The position numbers were made by a program, and so were the translations under genes. 64,000 bases of DNA from Lama guanicoe. Lineage: Eukaryota. How positions within the stretch are numbered: the first letter of the stretch is position 1; every line of letters begins with the position of its first letter. Positions 62,040 through 64,000 of the stretch are shown one piece after another. The notes below the pieces were generated by a model. The model was not told the DNA's origin. It made no database searches and saw only the letters and a list, made by a program, of their open reading frames with translations. Location: positions 2,272,076 through 2,336,075 of the forward strand of contig MU056277.1 of NCBI GenBank assembly GCA_013239625.1, given 5' to 3'.

Positions 62040-63800
62040 ATTTTTTCTCTTTAAAAACAGCTTCACTGAGTTACAGCTGATGTACGATCAGCTGCATGTA
62101 TTTAAAGACTGCAAAGTCAGTCCTGACATGGTGGCCCGTGGGACCAGCCCCTAAGCAAAGACACTGAATGTGTCCGTCCCCCAGAGTTCCTTGGGCCCCC
62201 CACGCGGCCCCGGGGCTGGGAGTGCAGCTCAGTCTGCAGGTCCCAGGTCTGTGTGAGGACAGGCCCCGGAGCACAGACTCTTTGCCGGGCTGCTTTCGCT
62301 CCGCGTGCCTCTCTTGAGACCCACCCAGGTCGCTGTCCAGCAGGTGGGCTGCACCGTGGGGACGGAGGTGCCCAGTCCATCCACCTGTTGATGGACGTCT
62401 GAACTTTTCCAGTTTGGGCTGTTGCAGACAAAGACGCTGTGAACATTCATGACCAAACCTCACGCGGACGGGCACTTTCTTTCCTCGGGGCAGAACGTGG
62501 AGCTCGGTGTTGGATCAATGTTAGGCTTTTTAAGAGACTGCCACGCTGGTTTGTGAAGTGGCCGCACGGCTGCACGCCCCGGACTGTGAGCCGCGTCCTG
62601 GCCGCACTGCAGTCGGCCACCCTGCTACGCGCGTGGGGGCAGCTGGGGGCAGCCGGGGGCAGCCGGGGCCACGCTTCATTCGTGCGGACTGAGGGCGTCT
62701 TAGCGTCTCTGGGCTGTGCTGAACAGCTCCCCCTGTCTCGTACTGGGCTGCTTTTCTCATCGTTAGGTTCTGAGGGCCCTCTGCAGCTCCGGACTCAGAT
62801 CCTCATCAAGTGTCTGCTTCGCCACGTCCTCTCCCAGCGGCGGCTTCCCTTTCCCTTCTCTTACCAGCGTCCTGAGGAGAGAGGAGTGAATTCGGGAAGC
62901 CTTCCCGCCCTCTGCTCCCTGGGGAGAGCTGGGCACCGCTGGTGTTACTGCTTCGCTGTCTGGCAGAGCCCCACTTCCTCTGTGTTTCTCCACAGATACG
63001 AGGCCGCCGGGTGACCTGCTCAGTCTTGAGTGACCGTGGTACTTCGTGTCTTTCCCGGAATTTGTCCGTCTGATTTAAGTTGTTAAATTTATCGGCATAA
63101 ACCTTGTAGCATCATTCCTCCACTTTCCCTTCGGTTCCTGCAGACTCTGGCGTGACGCCACCCCTCCCCACCGACACCGGGAATGTGCGCGCCTCCCTCC
63201 TCCTCGATCACCTGTCCAGGGGACTGTCAACTTTTTATCTTCTCAAAGAGTCACTTCTGGTTTCGTTGGTTTTCTGTTTCCTGTGTCGCTGATTTTCTCT
63301 CTGATTCTCATTTTCTCGTGTCTTCTGTTTCCTTTGGGCTCAATTTGCTCTTCTTCTCCTAGTGAAGACGAGGATGAAGACTTCAGTCTCCGGCCTGCGA
63401 CCGTGCTCTGGCGTCCCTGCCTGCAACCGCGGCTGTCTGTCCCCTGCAGCTCTCTTCCTTTGGCCGCACCTGTTTGGGGGGCCTGCTACGAGGAACACGG
63501 ACGTTCAGGTTTGCCGCTCCTCCCGGTGGATGGATGCGCGGTCCTGACGAAACTGCCTTGTTTCCCGGCAACACTCTCATTTTGTGTGTTTTCCTGTCCC
63601 TCGGCTCTCCCCTGGTCGGCGTCAGGGGGCGTGTCTTTCCCGTCTAACCTGTTTGTGTCTTTATATTTAAAGAGCATTTCTCGTACGCAGCACAGAGTTG
63701 GGACCGCCTCTCTGTCCCACCCGGACTCTGCTTCCCCTTGGGTCCTCGGACCGTTCACACTTGGTGCGATGCGTGATGAGGTTCGAGTCCAGCCTCCGGC
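62040..63800 (-). mobile_element. Decayed L1M fragments
   Basis: cagcttcactgag..., tttccagtttgggctgtt...gctgtgaacattcatg, and T-rich antisense ORF2-like tracts at 63050-63360 and 63640-63720. Confidence 0.6.
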
Positions 63801-64000
63801 TGCTGGTTCCCCACGTCCTGCCTGCTGGTGCTGCCCCTGCCCTTCCTCTCCTTCCTCCCTTCTTGGACTGCATGCGGATGAGCAGGGAGATCCAGCACCG
63901 GCGGCAGGGGAGGATTCGCACAGGCGAGGACAGCAAGGGCCAGGACGGTGCCAGTGCAGAAGGGGGCCCACAGACCTCGGCCACCGCACCTCCTGGGTGC

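Overview
GC/CpG-rich mammalian genomic DNA carrying the conserved LAMP1-GRTP1-ADPRHL1 block. tRNA-derived SINE remnants resembling camelid Vic-1 suggest a camel or alpaca (inference). On the + strand are the last five coding exons of LAMP1 (2305-4411, AATAAA at 5119). On the - strand are the complete 8-exon GRTP1 (ATG 29486 to TGA 6358, 342 aa TBC/Rab-GAP, CpG-island promoter) and ADPRHL1 exons 3-7 (61599-56651). ADPRHL1 also has a 3.5-kb in-frame terminal exon (48308-44810) reached through a splice donor that overlaps the short-isoform stop codon. Every listed exon was checked for AG/GT boundaries and phase. The rest is intronic or intergenic, with L1, ERV1-like, MaLR, MIR and SINE remnants, (CA/TG)-type microsatellites and a 128-N gap. 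Most ORFs in the supplied track are GC-rich noise. I cannot demonstrate a wholly new biological system. The best leads are: (1) the giant ADPRHL1 exon with repeated short helical motifs resembling actin-binding motifs; (2) a 34-bp tandem duplication of the LAMP1 exon-8 splice acceptor; (3) an orphan CpG island holding a signal-peptide-like exon with an ACG start and GC donor, possibly a decayed or non-canonical gene; (4) a MIR-derived array of four NR5A/ERR-type sites. Human comparisons are recalled from memory, not from searches.
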